Virus genome (UHGV): UHGV-0131811
Direction: 5' to 3' (one strand)
DNA length: 64,000 nucleotides
From: a virus
Part shown: piece by piece, positions 20,505 through 37,082 of the stretch
Layout: each line of letters starts with the position of its first letter
Numbering within the stretch: position 1 is the first letter of the stretch
Notes under the pieces: generated by a model
What the model was told of the DNA's origin: nothing
Seen by the model: the letters and a program-made list of their open reading frames with translations, nothing else
The model's database searches: none
Translations under genes and position numbers: made by a program

Positions 20505-20550
20505 TATAAGTTTTCCTCTTAAAAGGGGCTATAAAGCCCCTGTAAAGAAA

Positions 20551-21726
20551 TTAAGCTGTTCTCTGCCACACATACACTACAAAAGATGGCTGCTCAACAC
20601 TGAATGCTTGACCACCACCAACAGAACCAGTTGTCCCTGAGTGTGTATGCTCAGAGCTAGAAACAGTAACAGTGCCTGTATGACTGTGCGAACCAATATT
20701 AACAGTGTGGCTGTGAGCACCAATTGCGACAGTATGACTATGAGCACCAGATGATGCAGTTGTACCTGAGAAGCTATGGGTGTGAGCACCAGCTAAATCA
20801 GTATACATAGCATTACCAACACCAGCATCAGCAGATGCAGTAATAGCATTTGTGCCACCCCTATCATTACCCCTCATAGGAACTCTATGGTTGTGGTTAC
20901 CAGCATTACTTGTTGTGCCACTAAACGTGTGAGTGTGAGCACCAGCACTATTAGTCGTTTTTGTACCGTAATCAAAAGTTGATGTGCTTTTTGAACCATA
21001 ATCAAAACTAGAGATAGATACACTTGCAGAGTGTGTATGACCACCACCTGTTAGGTAGATAGAGTGAGTATGTGCTGGTAAATTATTATTTGTTAATGCT
21101 ACAGTCTGAGAACCAAACATTGAACCAACAGGTCTAGAATCTGTATCATAACCAACTAGTGCCCTACCTTTAGAAACTAACTCCCAAGTGCCACCACAAA
21201 GCAAGTAAGTGGATGGGTTAGCAGAGTTAACAGACAGATGAATAGTCCCCACTGGATATGATGCTTGGATAGCTTTGTATAAGTTATTCACTGCTCTCGC
21301 TGTAGCATACTTATCAGCATCTTCATTGTACAGATTAGATGTTGTCCAGTTCTGAACATTACTTAAACCAACCTGTGCTTTCGTTGTATTGTGTGGGTTA
21401 CTTTTGTCGTCAATATGTTGCTGAATTAAGTTATTCACTTCCTCTGACGACATAATTTGTAGATTTGCTCTTGCCTCAGCAACATTCACAATGTCTGACA
21501 AGTTATTAGCTGCAACTAATTGAAGAGAGTTAATAACATTATCAAGACCCACTTGTGATTTAGTTACACCATGAGGATTATTCCTCAGAGATGCGTGAGG
21601 TGCTAACAACTGCTCAAGCGTACATCTTTTATCCTCAACACCTTGCTTAAGGTGGAAGATATCACTCAAATCAATTGGTAAGGCCGCTTGTGGCAAGGCA
21701 CTAATTTGAATTTCACCTACTGCCAT
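20551..21726 (-). CDS. Tail fiber protein (His-box type)
   Basis: 391 aa; C-terminal half has repeated GxHxH boxes (AHTHSIYLTGGGHTHS, AHTHTFSG, NHNHR, AHTHSFSG, AHSHTV, SHSHTG) like the tail fiber repeat family. Confidence 0.6.
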   Translation of the reverse strand: MAVGEIQISALPQAALPIDLSDIFHLKQGVEDKRCTLEQLLAPHASLRNNPHGVTKSQVGLDNVINSLQLVAANNLSDIVNVAEARANLQIMSSEEVNNLIQQHIDDKSNPHNTTKAQVGLSNVQNWTTSNLYNEDADKYATARAVNNLYKAIQASYPVGTIHLSVNSANPSTYLLCGGTWELVSKGRALVGYDTDSRPVGSMFGSQTVALTNNNLPAHTHSIYLTGGGHTHSASVSISSFDYGSKSTSTFDYGTKTTNSAGAHTHTFSGTTSNAGNHNHRVPMRGNDRGGTNAITASADAGVGNAMYTDLAGAHTHSFSGTTASSGAHSHTVAIGAHSHTVNIGSHSHTGTVTVSSSEHTHSGTTGSVGGGQAFSVEQPSFVVYVWQRTA

Positions 21727-21728
21727 TA

Positions 21729-22031
21729 TTAAGCTCCTACATATTCATATGTGTAAAGGTTTCTTGTACTTGTTGATGCAGTCCCTGTCTCAGACTTAAT
21801 GAGGTTCCAGCCATTAGCCACTAAATCTGGTTGCTCAGTTGCATATGAACGAACTTCACCAACAGTGCCATTTACTTTATTCAGCAGGTAGTTGATAATA
21901 TAGTTGAACCACTGCCTACCCATAGGCTCACCCTTTAAAAGACCTGTCTCTTGAACTTCCGGTGGTGGTAAAACTTTTAACTGATTACCATCAGTATCTA
22001 CTTCGTTTGTAGACCAATTTAGAACTGCCAT
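21729..22031 (-). CDS. Hypothetical tail-associated protein
   Basis: 100 aa ORF between fiber and baseplate genes. Confidence 0.4.
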   Translation of the reverse strand: MAVLNWSTNEVDTDGNQLKVLPPPEVQETGLLKGEPMGRQWFNYIINYLLNKVNGTVGEVRSYATEQPDLVANGWNLIKSETGTASTSTRNLYTYEYVGA

Positions 22032-22885
22032 TAAGAATTTCCTTCTTGTTGTGATTTATCTTTTCTGCCTTTGACAATTTGTGCAACCTCAGCCATGATT
22101 CCGTATGCACCACCTGCAATAGCTTCTTTACCAACGATGAAATAACCACTCTTATTAGACCTATCTACAGTCATATAATCATCGCTCTGTGAGTTTGCTG
22201 TTCTGTCAACCTTAAAGTAACCATCAATAACACCAGCATCTGCAAGACTCCCTACTAGGTTGGACTCCAGAGAGCCACCAGTGTTATTTGTGACCAGACC
22301 TCTGTTAGCATCAGTTACAAACCAGTTCTCTTTATCATCAACAATAGCAAGTGATGAATCAGCAACCTCTACAGGTGTCCAAGCAGTCCCATTTAAAGTA
22401 ACATCTCTTAAGATAACAGCGGAACCAGTGGTTGTTGCAGAAATCTTTGACAGTGTATATGCAGCATCAAGAACGCTTTTTCTAGTATTAATACGGATAA
22501 CGATACCACCAGTCTTAGGAGTAATATGCTCAAAAATCTGAGAGAAAGTTGCACCATACAATGTCATAATTGCTTTTTGCAAGAATGTTGGAGTAGTATC
22601 AGAACGTCTTAGGAAGATTTGGATATAAAGCATAGCTCTGTATGTTTCATCATCAGCACCTAAAGGTCTAGGAACTTTAATCAGTGAGCCAATATTATCA
22701 AGTTGTTGACCTACTGACGTCCTGATATTTCTCTCTGTGTGCATCTGCCAGCAAACATCCTCTAGTGTTTGTAGCTCATCAGTGATTGCTTTCAAGATAC
22801 TTGTATAGATAAATTTATCTTTAAACTGTGTTACAGTCCTTTCATCAAGTGTTTTATAATAAACACTATCAATCTTTTCAAACAT
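22031..22885 (-). CDS. Putative baseplate / tail protein
   Basis: 284 aa in baseplate region; assigned by position only. Confidence 0.4.
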   Translation of the reverse strand: MFEKIDSVYYKTLDERTVTQFKDKFIYTSILKAITDELQTLEDVCWQMHTERNIRTSVGQQLDNIGSLIKVPRPLGADDETYRAMLYIQIFLRRSDTTPTFLQKAIMTLYGATFSQIFEHITPKTGGIVIRINTRKSVLDAAYTLSKISATTTGSAVILRDVTLNGTAWTPVEVADSSLAIVDDKENWFVTDANRGLVTNNTGGSLESNLVGSLADAGVIDGYFKVDRTANSQSDDYMTVDRSNKSGYFIVGKEAIAGGAYGIMAEVAQIVKGRKDKSQQEGNS

Positions 22886-22887
22886 TA

Positions 22888-24356
22888 TTACTCCTTAGTG
22901 ATGGTATACTGGCTACTTTCCCAAACAGTATATTGGTCACCGTCAACAGTAATTCTTGCTGTAGTATATTGTCCGTCACTAGGTGGAACTGATTGGCTGT
23001 TTGATAATGCTACTTTCACCTCATTAATCTCAATACCTTTGATTACGTCATAGATGTACCCATAAATTCTGTTAGGGATAACATCATTACCAACCTTAAG
23101 AGTTCTTCCGTAGGCGTTAATACCTTGCACAATACTATCTCTGATATCTTCTTCAGGGATTGTCAAACTTTCTTCGTCATATAATGAGTAAGACACCTTA
23201 ACAAATGCGTATTTTGGTGTTGGTCTGCTAAAATAGATATTATGTGCCAGACCACCTAAATCATAGGCTGTACCAAAAATTGAGCCATAAGCCCTGATAC
23301 CAGCAGGTTTTGTATCCCAGATTGCTTGAGCAACATTATCATTTTGACCACCAACTACAACAATCTTAAAAGATTTTGGTGGAAGACCTTCTGAGTTTGT
23401 CTCTTCAGTATCATTCTCAACACCTGAAGCATCTGAGACACCTTGAACTCTTTTAACAGCAGCTACAATTGCATCCAAAGTCCCTACACCAGTAACTGCT
23501 AAGGATTCTAAATATCTCTGTCTAAGTTCTGTGTCAGTTTCTTCGTTTCTACCAGTTGTTAAGTCATACCTGTTATAAATACTGTCAAGACCATCAACAG
23601 TTGTCTCAATCTCAATAAGCGTACCAGCCAAAGCAGGGGTAGCACCAACCTCTTCAGCTACTACATCTGAAATAGTTGTAATCTTTGTAAAGGTCAGAAA
23701 CGTTGTTGCAGTGACAACCATAGGGTTTGTTCTTGCAATGATATCACCTTCATCTTTATAGACTCTTAATGCGGCTCCATCATTAATGACTTCTGCTTTT
23801 GCTACAATACCACCATTAATAGCTTCTGCTAATTTTGTTAGCAGCGTGGTGATTGTATCTAATGAGGTTGGTTTATATGAGAAAATGACGTTATCAATAA
23901 TAATAACATAATCTGCATCAGTTCGTAAAGAGTTAACTTCAAGGGTAGCTTCAACACAATATGATGGAGTAAGAGTAATGTTATTAACTGGATAAAAGAT
24001 GTTTCCGGCAGTACTTCTTAATCTTGTTGTTGAAGGAATGGTAGCACCAGTAGTTCCAGTAAACTCAACTTGACCTCTTGTTGCCTGAGCAACGTATCTG
24101 TATACCGCATTTAAAGCTGTAATATCATCAAGGTTAAAGCCTTCAGCCTTATCAATTGTACCCCCATCGTAGATTTCTGATAGAATCTCATGAGTATCTG
24201 CTAAAGACCTTGCAATTGAAGCTAGGAAGAGACCTAATTGACTGTCTTCAGAGACGTCAAGGTTTGGTGAAATATCTCTAAGAAGTCTTGATTTGATATT
24301 ATCAAAAATCTCCTGATATCTTAGAGTTTGTAATCCTGTTGTAGTTAGTCCTGCCA

Positions 24357-24357
<1 letters not shown>
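22888..24357 (-). CDS. Putative baseplate wedge protein
   Basis: 489 aa; size and position fit a baseplate J-like subunit; no motif check possible. Confidence 0.4.
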
Positions 24358-29741
<5,384 letters not shown>

Positions 29742-29742
<1 letters not shown>

Positions 29743-29981
29743 TACATTTTTCCTGCTCTTCTAAGTTCGTTGTAAGCAATTTCCTCTTTATACGACCTCT
29801 GAATCTCAAGAAATTGTCTCAATGATAATAAATCAGAGAATGTCATAGCAAAGAGTTGGTCAAGTGTTTCTTTACACCCTTCCATACCATAAATAGCAAG
29901 CACAAATTTCATCTCGTCTGCTTCTTCATAGGTTGCCTCTACAGCAGCATCAGTCAGTGGTGTCTGTAGAGTGTTACCCAT
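29742..29981 (-). CDS. Tail assembly chaperone, downstream frame (likely expressed as -1 frameshift extension)
   Basis: 79 aa ORF in -1 frame relative to 29984..30382, open back through the slippery site. Confidence 0.45.
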
Positions 29982-29983
29982 GT

Positions 29984-30382
29984 TTACTGAGAAGTTAGGC
30001 TTTTGAAAATGCTTGCTTCGAAAAAACTTCCGAAGTTTGCCTCCAGCGCAAATGCTAAGTAATCAATAAATTCACCGTAGTTTGCTTGGAAGTAGGTATC
30101 AATATTTAGTGGGAAGTCATCAACAGTCGCCCCTTGAAATAGTAAGGTAGCCATTTCTTCAAGGTTAATTTCTTCAATTCTGTCAAAACAAGCTTCAACA
30201 AGTTCTTTAAATGGAACCATTGGAGCTTCTTTCTTGTCTTTATCAGTCAGACTTGACAGCATCTGTGCAAAGGTTGGAACAACAATTTTACCCAACTTCA
30301 TAGACATCTTAATACCATCTCTTGCCCCAAGCAGAACGATATTTACTTTCTTACCATTAATTACTCTAGATTCTGTTTTCAT
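29984..30382 (-). CDS. Tail assembly chaperone
   Basis: 132 aa, between tube and tape measure genes; U UUU UUC slippery heptamer about 27 nt before stop. Confidence 0.45.
   Translation of the reverse strand: MKTESRVINGKKVNIVLLGARDGIKMSMKLGKIVVPTFAQMLSSLTDKDKKEAPMVPFKELVEACFDRIEEINLEEMATLLFQGATVDDFPLNIDTYFQANYGEFIDYLAFALEANFGSFFEASIFKSLTSQ
30020..30026 (-). other. Candidate -1 programmed frameshift site (T TTT TTC)
   Basis: In-frame X XXY YYZ heptamer GTTTTTTC on minus strand; -1 frame stays open into 29742..29981. Confidence 0.45.
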
Positions 30383-30455
30383 TGTGATTCCTTAATATTT
30401 TTAAAAGAAACAAAAAAGGGGAAGACCTTTTAAAGTCTCCCCCTTATAGGATTTA

Positions 30456-30902
30456 TTAAACACTTGACGCTGGAATTGTAGAAGTGTAGTCTAGCTTCTC
30501 ACAACCAAAAATCCAAGTCTTAGAGTTCTGGTCACGACCAAGTTCAATCTGTGGTAATTCCTGCAACCAAGCATTAATACCAGTTGCCAGAACAGAGCCT
30601 GATGGGTCGTAGATTACGAAGTTAGAAGAGATATCTTCTTCAAGTTCCATATTGTCTTGTTTAGCTTGAATTGCAGAAAGCATCTGGTTAGAGAGAGAAG
30701 TCTGCATTAGCTCAATCTCAATAGTACCTGTCTTGTCTGCATTTCTTGTCAGAGCAACTTGACCACCTGCACCTACAACTGGTGTCACAAGTGGTGATGT
30801 TCTCTGTAGACGTAAGAATGAGTCTGGGGCAAAGCCTTCAATGGCAATACCATTCCAGCTACACACAACGTCTTTAGGGGAATATTGCTGATACATAGCC
30901 AT
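30456..30902 (-). CDS. Putative tail tube protein
   Basis: 148 aa immediately downstream of putative sheath gene. Confidence 0.45.
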   Translation of the reverse strand: MAMYQQYSPKDVVCSWNGIAIEGFAPDSFLRLQRTSPLVTPVVGAGGQVALTRNADKTGTIEIELMQTSLSNQMLSAIQAKQDNMELEEDISSNFVIYDPSGSVLATGINAWLQELPQIELGRDQNSKTWIFGCEKLDYTSTIPASSV

Positions 30903-30917
30903 TCCAATTTACCTCTA

Positions 30918-32270
30918 TTATTCGTAAGCCACTGTACCTTTCAAGTCAACATCCAAGATAGCCCCTGCTAAGATACCTGAGAAGGTAACGTCTTTCAGGA
31001 TACGAGCTTTCTTGTCTGCCAAAGCAACTTGAGAGGCTTTAGGAACATTAACTGTGTAAGATGACAGGAAGTTTCTGTTGACTGCTCTTTGCAGAGAGGT
31101 TTCAATGACTTGACGAATACGGGTAATACCAGTATCATCATAAGTAATCTTACCACCCTTCTGGTTAATTAGCAAGTCTCTCAGAGAAGTTTTCAGGTCT
31201 GATTCTAACCAGTCAACACCACGGATGATATCAATCCATTCCCCACCAGAAGTAATCCCTCTACGAACCACTGGAACACCACCATCAAGGTCAATAAAGT
31301 TACAGTGACGTGCATCTAAAGCTGACTTCTGAATACTTGTCAGAGGTCTCTGATTAGATGGCTGTAGAGAAGCAGCTACACCAGTTAACTGTGCGTTACC
31401 CCAAGCAATTGAACCTGCATCATAAGGAGCACCATAAGCAATGTATGCCATTTCTGGATAATCTTCTGCTGCTGTGTGATGCCACAAGCAAACTGTATGA
31501 GTGTACTTATTCTTAGCAAGTTGTGCTGGAACATCATTTGCACTGGATAATTCTGTACCTTGTAGGGCTGTTACATCAGAGTTAGCTGTAAAGAAAATCT
31601 TCTTACGAGCTTGAATCTCAGAAGCCATTGCTAAGACAAACTGTTGAGTTCTATCTTCTGCTGCAATGAAATACCAGTCAGTTGAATAAGCCTCAATAGC
31701 TGCCAGAGCAGTCGATGCTGTGTCAGCAGTTGTACTTGCAATTGACACTGTTTGTGCTGTAGTGGTAACCTTCACGAAGTCATTGTCACCCGCTTTGGTG
31801 ATTACCATTGTTGCTGAACCACCAGCACCAGTTACATTGACGGTAACAAGGTCTTTTACAGAAGGCTCTGCTTCAATCTGAGTTTTAAGCTGCTGTAGCA
31901 CCTTCTCAGCAGTATCTTCTGACTGTGAAGTGTACTGGAATGGCTGAGAAACTCCACCGCTCACAGCTACAGTTAAAGAATAGTCGGTGCTCTCAGTAAC
32001 CTCATCAGGAATTGATACAGTGTACTGCATAGCACGTCTACCAATATAAAGCTGAGTTACTTTAGGAGTCTGACTCCAAAGTTGTTTAGCAGCCTTATAT
32101 GCAGCAGAGTTTTCATCGAAATCTTCAGCAACTTCAGTTAAGGAAGTGTAACCACGGACTCTTTCTTCAAAGTTATCTGTTGAAGCTAAAAATAGTGGTA
32201 GCCCAAAACCTTCTCTTGTAGTTCCTGCGGTGTTCAATGTAATATCTACATTAACAATTGGATTCCACAT
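30918..32270 (-). CDS. Putative tail sheath protein
   Basis: 450 aa; size and order (sheath-tube-chaperones-tape measure) indicate contractile tail. Confidence 0.5.
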   Translation of the reverse strand: MWNPIVNVDITLNTAGTTREGFGLPLFLASTDNFEERVRGYTSLTEVAEDFDENSAAYKAAKQLWSQTPKVTQLYIGRRAMQYTVSIPDEVTESTDYSLTVAVSGGVSQPFQYTSQSEDTAEKVLQQLKTQIEAEPSVKDLVTVNVTGAGGSATMVITKAGDNDFVKVTTTAQTVSIASTTADTASTALAAIEAYSTDWYFIAAEDRTQQFVLAMASEIQARKKIFFTANSDVTALQGTELSSANDVPAQLAKNKYTHTVCLWHHTAAEDYPEMAYIAYGAPYDAGSIAWGNAQLTGVAASLQPSNQRPLTSIQKSALDARHCNFIDLDGGVPVVRRGITSGGEWIDIIRGVDWLESDLKTSLRDLLINQKGGKITYDDTGITRIRQVIETSLQRAVNRNFLSSYTVNVPKASQVALADKKARILKDVTFSGILAGAILDVDLKGTVAYE

Positions 32271-32870
32271 TTATTTTACCCCTTTGGAGTCTACATCTAG
32301 ATGGATAGTATATTCTGGTGGCTCTTGTCCTTCTTCGTAAACTAATTCACCATCAACAATGACACGTTCAATAATTCCCCCACGTTCATCTTTCAGGACT
32401 GAATTTTTTACAAGAGTTACAACAAGAGGCGCAGAATTTTCGAAATCTGTATTGAGATAGGTATAGTCATTCGGGATAGCTCCAGTGTCTAAAACTGTAG
32501 CTCCTGTCTCTTCAAGAATTAAATCTCTGACTGAACTCATCTCTAATCGTTGTTTAAGCTCAAGCATAATACTGTGAGCACCTTTACCATTTACCGTAAT
32601 TAATACTGGAATCTGAAAAGCAATTCTGTAGCAAACTACATCATCCTCAACAAACTTATCAAGAACCCAACCATAAGGTGTTGCAGCATCTTGACAATAT
32701 ACGGTAATAAATGGCTGGTCAGGTTTTAAACCTTTGTCATTTGAGTTATCAGAAGGGTAAGCTCTAATTACATTTGGTCTATTATTTTTATCACGAGCTA
32801 GTCTGTGACCAATAACATCCACTAAGGTTCTAACTAGACCTTTTTCAAGTTCTGCTGTTTCTAACTGCAT
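32271..32870 (-). CDS. Putative head-tail joining / tail completion protein
   Basis: 199 aa; by position. Confidence 0.35.
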   Translation of the reverse strand: MQLETAELEKGLVRTLVDVIGHRLARDKNNRPNVIRAYPSDNSNDKGLKPDQPFITVYCQDAATPYGWVLDKFVEDDVVCYRIAFQIPVLITVNGKGAHSIMLELKQRLEMSSVRDLILEETGATVLDTGAIPNDYTYLNTDFENSAPLVVTLVKNSVLKDERGGIIERVIVDGELVYEEGQEPPEYTIHLDVDSKGVK

Positions 32871-33246
32871 TCATTTTATCCCTTCTAATAATGATATATT
32901 CATAATGGGACGTATGGGCTAATTGCTGTGACCAATCCATAGTCATAAATACTTCATACTCATGACCATCAATCATAACAATGTCAGACTCATTCCACTC
33001 TACATCATCTGAAGTTCTAAGTTTATATGTAGTATACAGGATTCTTGTATCGGTAAGCCTGATACCTTCCGGTAAAGCAATCTGTGTACCGTTCTTTACA
33101 GAACCTTTGATATATGGCTGGATATTACCTTTGCAGTTAACCTCTACAATATCTTGTGAAGCTACCCAATCACCATCATCATTGTAATAACCGTCTTCAG
33201 AGACTTTACGCTTTACTACAAAGCTGTGTCTGTTTAAGAGTCTCAT
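32845..33246 (-). CDS. Putative head-tail joining protein
   Basis: 133 aa; by position. Confidence 0.35.
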   Translation of the reverse strand: MRLLNRHSFVVKRKVSEDGYYNDDGDWVASQDIVEVNCKGNIQPYIKGSVKNGTQIALPEGIRLTDTRILYTTYKLRTSDDVEWNESDIVMIDGHEYEVFMTMDWSQQLAHTSHYEYIIIRRDKMNAVRNSRT

Positions 33247-33725
33247 TTCTTAATACCCTTCTTAGTAGAAATTTTATAAGCAAGGTTATCCCTTAAGTCA
33301 CCTGTCTCAACAAGAGGTGCATTAAAGCCTTTTTTCTTGACTGTGGAAGGTGCGTTAGGAGGGAGGATAGCAGAATTACCAAAACCTCTTTTAATTGCCT
33401 TTTGAGCATTCTTTGCAAATGCTTCTAGGGTATTTGAAGGGTCTGTGTTGAGACTGCTAAGTTGCTTATATAGATTCTTCTTAGTCTGCTCTAACAAGGT
33501 CTGTCTGTTTAGCATCATAGTGATTTCAAACAACCTACGATATACTTTACCAGAAGCTGAGGGAACCCCAATAACTTCTTGCAAATACATTAAAGCAGGA
33601 TAAGAAAAACCAGAGCTATGTTGACCTTGTTCTTGAAAATACCCAACTTGAGCATTAGCCGTTTGCAAGTTCTTCATAGCCCCGACTAATTTTGCTCTAG
33701 CGGGGTGAATAACCCTTTTAACCAT
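33243..33725 (-). CDS. Putative head-tail connector protein
   Basis: 160 aa; by position. Confidence 0.35.
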   Translation of the reverse strand: MVKRVIHPARAKLVGAMKNLQTANAQVGYFQEQGQHSSGFSYPALMYLQEVIGVPSASGKVYRRLFEITMMLNRQTLLEQTKKNLYKQLSSLNTDPSNTLEAFAKNAQKAIKRGFGNSAILPPNAPSTVKKKGFNAPLVETGDLRDNLAYKISTKKGIKK

Positions 33726-34174
33726 TATTCATCTCGCTCGATAATAAATACGCCATTAACACGGTTGCAGTAATCTCTGCCTTCGTATCTGGCAGCATCA
33801 CCATATTCTGTGTATTTCTTGACAGAGCAAGGATTCTGACGACGCATATCAATATCGCACTGGTTAATACCACCTGCATAGGGTAGTCCTGAAACAGAGC
33901 TTTTAACAAGGTCATCATAAACAGCTTTCAGAGATTTGAATCTGGAAGAGTTACGTAAATAAACACCACCAACCTTCTCATCTCCCATCTTGGCTACTTG
34001 AAAGAGTAAATATTTAAGAGCTTTGATGGCTGCTTTCTTTTCATCCTTTCCAGATTCTAGATAGAACCACTCTAGCACAGACTGTTCAATAAGAATTTCA
34101 TCATTATTGGTGTCTGTGCAGAGGATTCTTACTCTATCAAGAGGGTTATTGGCTGGGTCGCCTGTATAACACAT
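33725..34174 (-). CDS. Hypothetical structural protein
   Basis: 149 aa downstream of capsid gene. Confidence 0.35.
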   Translation of the reverse strand: MCYTGDPANNPLDRVRILCTDTNNDEILIEQSVLEWFYLESGKDEKKAAIKALKYLLFQVAKMGDEKVGGVYLRNSSRFKSLKAVYDDLVKSSVSGLPYAGGINQCDIDMRRQNPCSVKKYTEYGDAARYEGRDYCNRVNGVFIIERDE

Positions 34175-34195
34175 TCATAACCCTCCTTAAGAATA

Positions 34196-35302
34196 TTATT
34201 CGTCTTTAGCGTCAGAACGAACGTCTACCAGCAACTGAGGACGAGTACAGTATGGCAGCATGTAAGAGTGAGCTTCGAAGTCAATACCTTCATCACGGTC
34301 TTTTTCGTATTCGAATACATACAGTTCCTGACCAAGTGTATTTGCGTAACCCATCTTAGGGCATGGGCCATAAGCCACTTCGAAGATGTTGTTTGCTTCA
34401 CCCAGCATAGAAACGTTAGGGAAAGCGTGTCCTACACCAACCTCTGCACCAGCACCATCAATGCTCACCAGAGTATGAACCTTACCACGCTTGTCTTTGA
34501 ACTTACCGTTGTACTGGACAAACTTAACACCACCGTAGTAGAAAGTGTTCATGTGAGCCTGAACGCCGTCAGTACCACCAGTTCTCAGAGAACCAGTAAT
34601 CTGTTGCCAAGCCAGTGGGGTCTGCTGTGCAAGATAGGCATCACGAATCTTAGGGTGTTTAGTCAGCTTGCTGAAGAATACACGGTCAACAACTACGTGA
34701 ATTTCTTCACCGTTGATTACAGTGCCAGTCTTAGCTTCGTCTTCCATGTGCATACGCAGTTCTTCAATAGAAGCGTCGATGTCAGCATTAGGGTTGTCAA
34801 GGTCGAAGTAAACAGTCTTCTTCTCAACGTCGAACTGCTTGTACAGGTCAGCATACAGAGTACCACGAGCATCAACAACTTTACCCTTCAGAGCTTGCAT
34901 AAACAGGAACTCACGAGTAATATCGAACTTGGTACGAATCTTCATCAGCTTCTTAGCACGTACTACAGCTTCAGTAGTCAGTTCGTTTGCAGTGCCTGGC
35001 TGACGTACACCCTGAATTTCATCAGGAGTAATGCTTTCAACTTCTTTGAAGTACATCATTGGGAAGCTGATTTGACGAACACGCTCAGGTGCGCTAGTCT
35101 CTGCTTTACGGCTATCACGGTCTACCGCATCAAGCAAGCTAACATCCCAATCAGTCAAGTCCATAAGGAAAGTAGTTTGGGTGATTGGTGCTGAACGGAA
35201 CAGACCTAAGTTGGAAATATACCCATAAGTATTTGGGATAGACTGGACTTCACCAGTCAGGTCAGCAAGGAAAAATCTGCTTTTTTCAGAATTAGTCAAC
35301 AT
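34196..35302 (-). CDS. Putative major capsid protein
   Basis: 368 aa directly downstream of protease/scaffold gene and small 125-aa ORF. Confidence 0.5.
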   Translation of the reverse strand: MLTNSEKSRFFLADLTGEVQSIPNTYGYISNLGLFRSAPITQTTFLMDLTDWDVSLLDAVDRDSRKAETSAPERVRQISFPMMYFKEVESITPDEIQGVRQPGTANELTTEAVVRAKKLMKIRTKFDITREFLFMQALKGKVVDARGTLYADLYKQFDVEKKTVYFDLDNPNADIDASIEELRMHMEDEAKTGTVINGEEIHVVVDRVFFSKLTKHPKIRDAYLAQQTPLAWQQITGSLRTGGTDGVQAHMNTFYYGGVKFVQYNGKFKDKRGKVHTLVSIDGAGAEVGVGHAFPNVSMLGEANNIFEVAYGPCPKMGYANTLGQELYVFEYEKDRDEGIDFEAHSYMLPYCTRPQLLVDVRSDAKDE

Positions 35303-35335
35303 TGTAAAATTCTCCAGAATGTCTTATTATTGTTA

Positions 35336-35713
35336 TTACAGGCCAGTTGGTACGAAATCAATACCTTTAGCAGCCAGAGCTGTCTTGACGCTCTCGGCAT
35401 TAACACCAGACTCAAGAGTCAGCATGTCTTTCAGTTCTGCGTCACGGTAAATACCAACAACTTTCAACTGACCGTGGTAAGACAGTTGCAGGTCTGCATA
35501 AAAGTTAACGATACATACAGAATCAGCCTGAGCTTCTTCCCCTGCTGCAACTTTAGTACCATCTGCTTTCAGAACTTCACCTACACGATATTCTGTAGAT
35601 GCCTGTGGGGTGTACTCTTTACGAGAGTGGCCTGTTGGGGTAACCTGTTCCCAAAGAATGATATCATTCAGAGGTTCTCTTTTACCTAACTTAGTAAAAC
35701 CTTGATATGCCAT
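35336..35713 (-). CDS. Putative head decoration / minor head protein
   Basis: 125 aa between protease and capsid genes. Confidence 0.35.
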   Translation of the reverse strand: MAYQGFTKLGKREPLNDIILWEQVTPTGHSRKEYTPQASTEYRVGEVLKADGTKVAAGEEAQADSVCIVNFYADLQLSYHGQLKVVGIYRDAELKDMLTLESGVNAESVKTALAAKGIDFVPTGL

Positions 35714-35724
35714 TATTGTGTTCC

Positions 35725-37071
35725 TTATTTGATAAGAGATTTTAGAGCATTCTGGAGAGCCAGTTTGCGTTGTTCAGCGGTGTCTTCGGAAGCATTCTTA
35801 GCTGGTTCTTTTTCTTCTTCAACTAAATCAGCTTCGCCGTCATTACCCACTTCTTCCATAGCGTTGGAATGTTCAAGAACAGCACCAGCAGTTTCTTTCA
35901 GCTTGGTAATTTCTGATTCTTTTTCTTCCATTGCAGAAGCATGGGACGCGATAGTTTCATTAAGTTTCTGGTTAGCACCTTCCATAGCATTCATAAACAG
36001 AACACTCAGAGGGTTATCAAGACCAGCACCTAAAATAGTCGTTGCAGCTTCTTTTGCATCAAATCCAAAAGCTTCAGCAGAAGCAGAAATCTTATTAGTC
36101 AAATCTGACAAAGCAGCTTCCTGTTCTTTAGCTTTCATTTGAGCAACCTGAAGACGCAAAGCTTCTAGTTCTTGCTTTTCTTGTTCAGTCATTTCTTCAC
36201 CTGAATTGTTAACGTTTAAACTTACAGGAGCCTCTTCAGAACCTTGTAAGTAATTTAAGAAATCATCTTGAGACATGATTGAGTTAATTAAACCAAGTTC
36301 AAGAGCTTCCTGAGCAGAATAAACATTCGCCTCAGTATTCTTTACAGCTTCTTCAGAGATATTACGAGCTTCAGCTACAAAACCTGTAAAGGTTGCGTAG
36401 GTATCATTAATTCTCTTTTGAAGTCTTTCTTTGCTTTCTTCTGAAAGTGCTTGGAATGGTGAACCCATACCTTTAAACTCACCAGCTTTGATGACGTTAA
36501 TTGTTACGCCATTCTTTTCAAATGCCTTAGTTAATTCCTGATGAACCATGATTACACCAATAGAACCAACATCTGCATCTGGTGATGCAATAATTTCTTC
36601 AGCAGAAGATGCAAGAGCATATGCAGCGGAACAAGCGAACTCATCTACATAAGCAATAATTTTCTTTTGGCCTCTTGAAGCCATGATGTGACGTGCTAAT
36701 TCAAAGCAACCTGAAGCTTCACCACCACCAGAATCAATATGCAGAACAATAGTCTTGATTGACTCATCTGCTAAAGCTTCGTCAAAGCCTCTACGTAAAC
36801 CCTCATAAGAGCTTAATCCACCTGTACACATTGCATCAATGAACGTCATACGATGAGTTAAACCACCCATAATAGGGATAATAGCAATGTCATCTTTTAC
36901 TTTTAAAAGACTTCTTGCGTCACCTTTGGGTTTATCAAAGTTTACTGCTGCTTGGACATCACCCAGCAATCTGTTATTCACATAAGTTGCTGCTGAGTGA
37001 GCTAATGATTCAGTGGCTAGTAAAGGTTGGTTGAATAATCTATCAGCAAGTCTGAAGATATTCGAACTCAT
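35725..37071 (-). CDS. Prohead protease (ClpP/S49-like) fused to coiled-coil scaffold-like C-terminus
   Basis: 448 aa; IVLHIDSGGGEASG and AYALASSAEEI resemble ClpP/SppA blocks; C-terminal third is Glu/Ala/Lys-rich. Confidence 0.6.
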   Translation of the reverse strand: MSSNIFRLADRLFNQPLLATESLAHSAATYVNNRLLGDVQAAVNFDKPKGDARSLLKVKDDIAIIPIMGGLTHRMTFIDAMCTGGLSSYEGLRRGFDEALADESIKTIVLHIDSGGGEASGCFELARHIMASRGQKKIIAYVDEFACSAAYALASSAEEIIASPDADVGSIGVIMVHQELTKAFEKNGVTINVIKAGEFKGMGSPFQALSEESKERLQKRINDTYATFTGFVAEARNISEEAVKNTEANVYSAQEALELGLINSIMSQDDFLNYLQGSEEAPVSLNVNNSGEEMTEQEKQELEALRLQVAQMKAKEQEAALSDLTNKISASAEAFGFDAKEAATTILGAGLDNPLSVLFMNAMEGANQKLNETIASHASAMEEKESEITKLKETAGAVLEHSNAMEEVGNDGEADLVEEEKEPAKNASEDTAEQRKLALQNALKSLIK

Positions 37072-37082
37072 TTTTACTCACC

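Noticed and set aside
34268-35194. 308-aa plus-strand ORF
   Set aside because: Lies entirely antisense to the putative major capsid gene in a uniformly minus-strand module and has low-complexity, stop-free-by-chance composition; treated as spurious.
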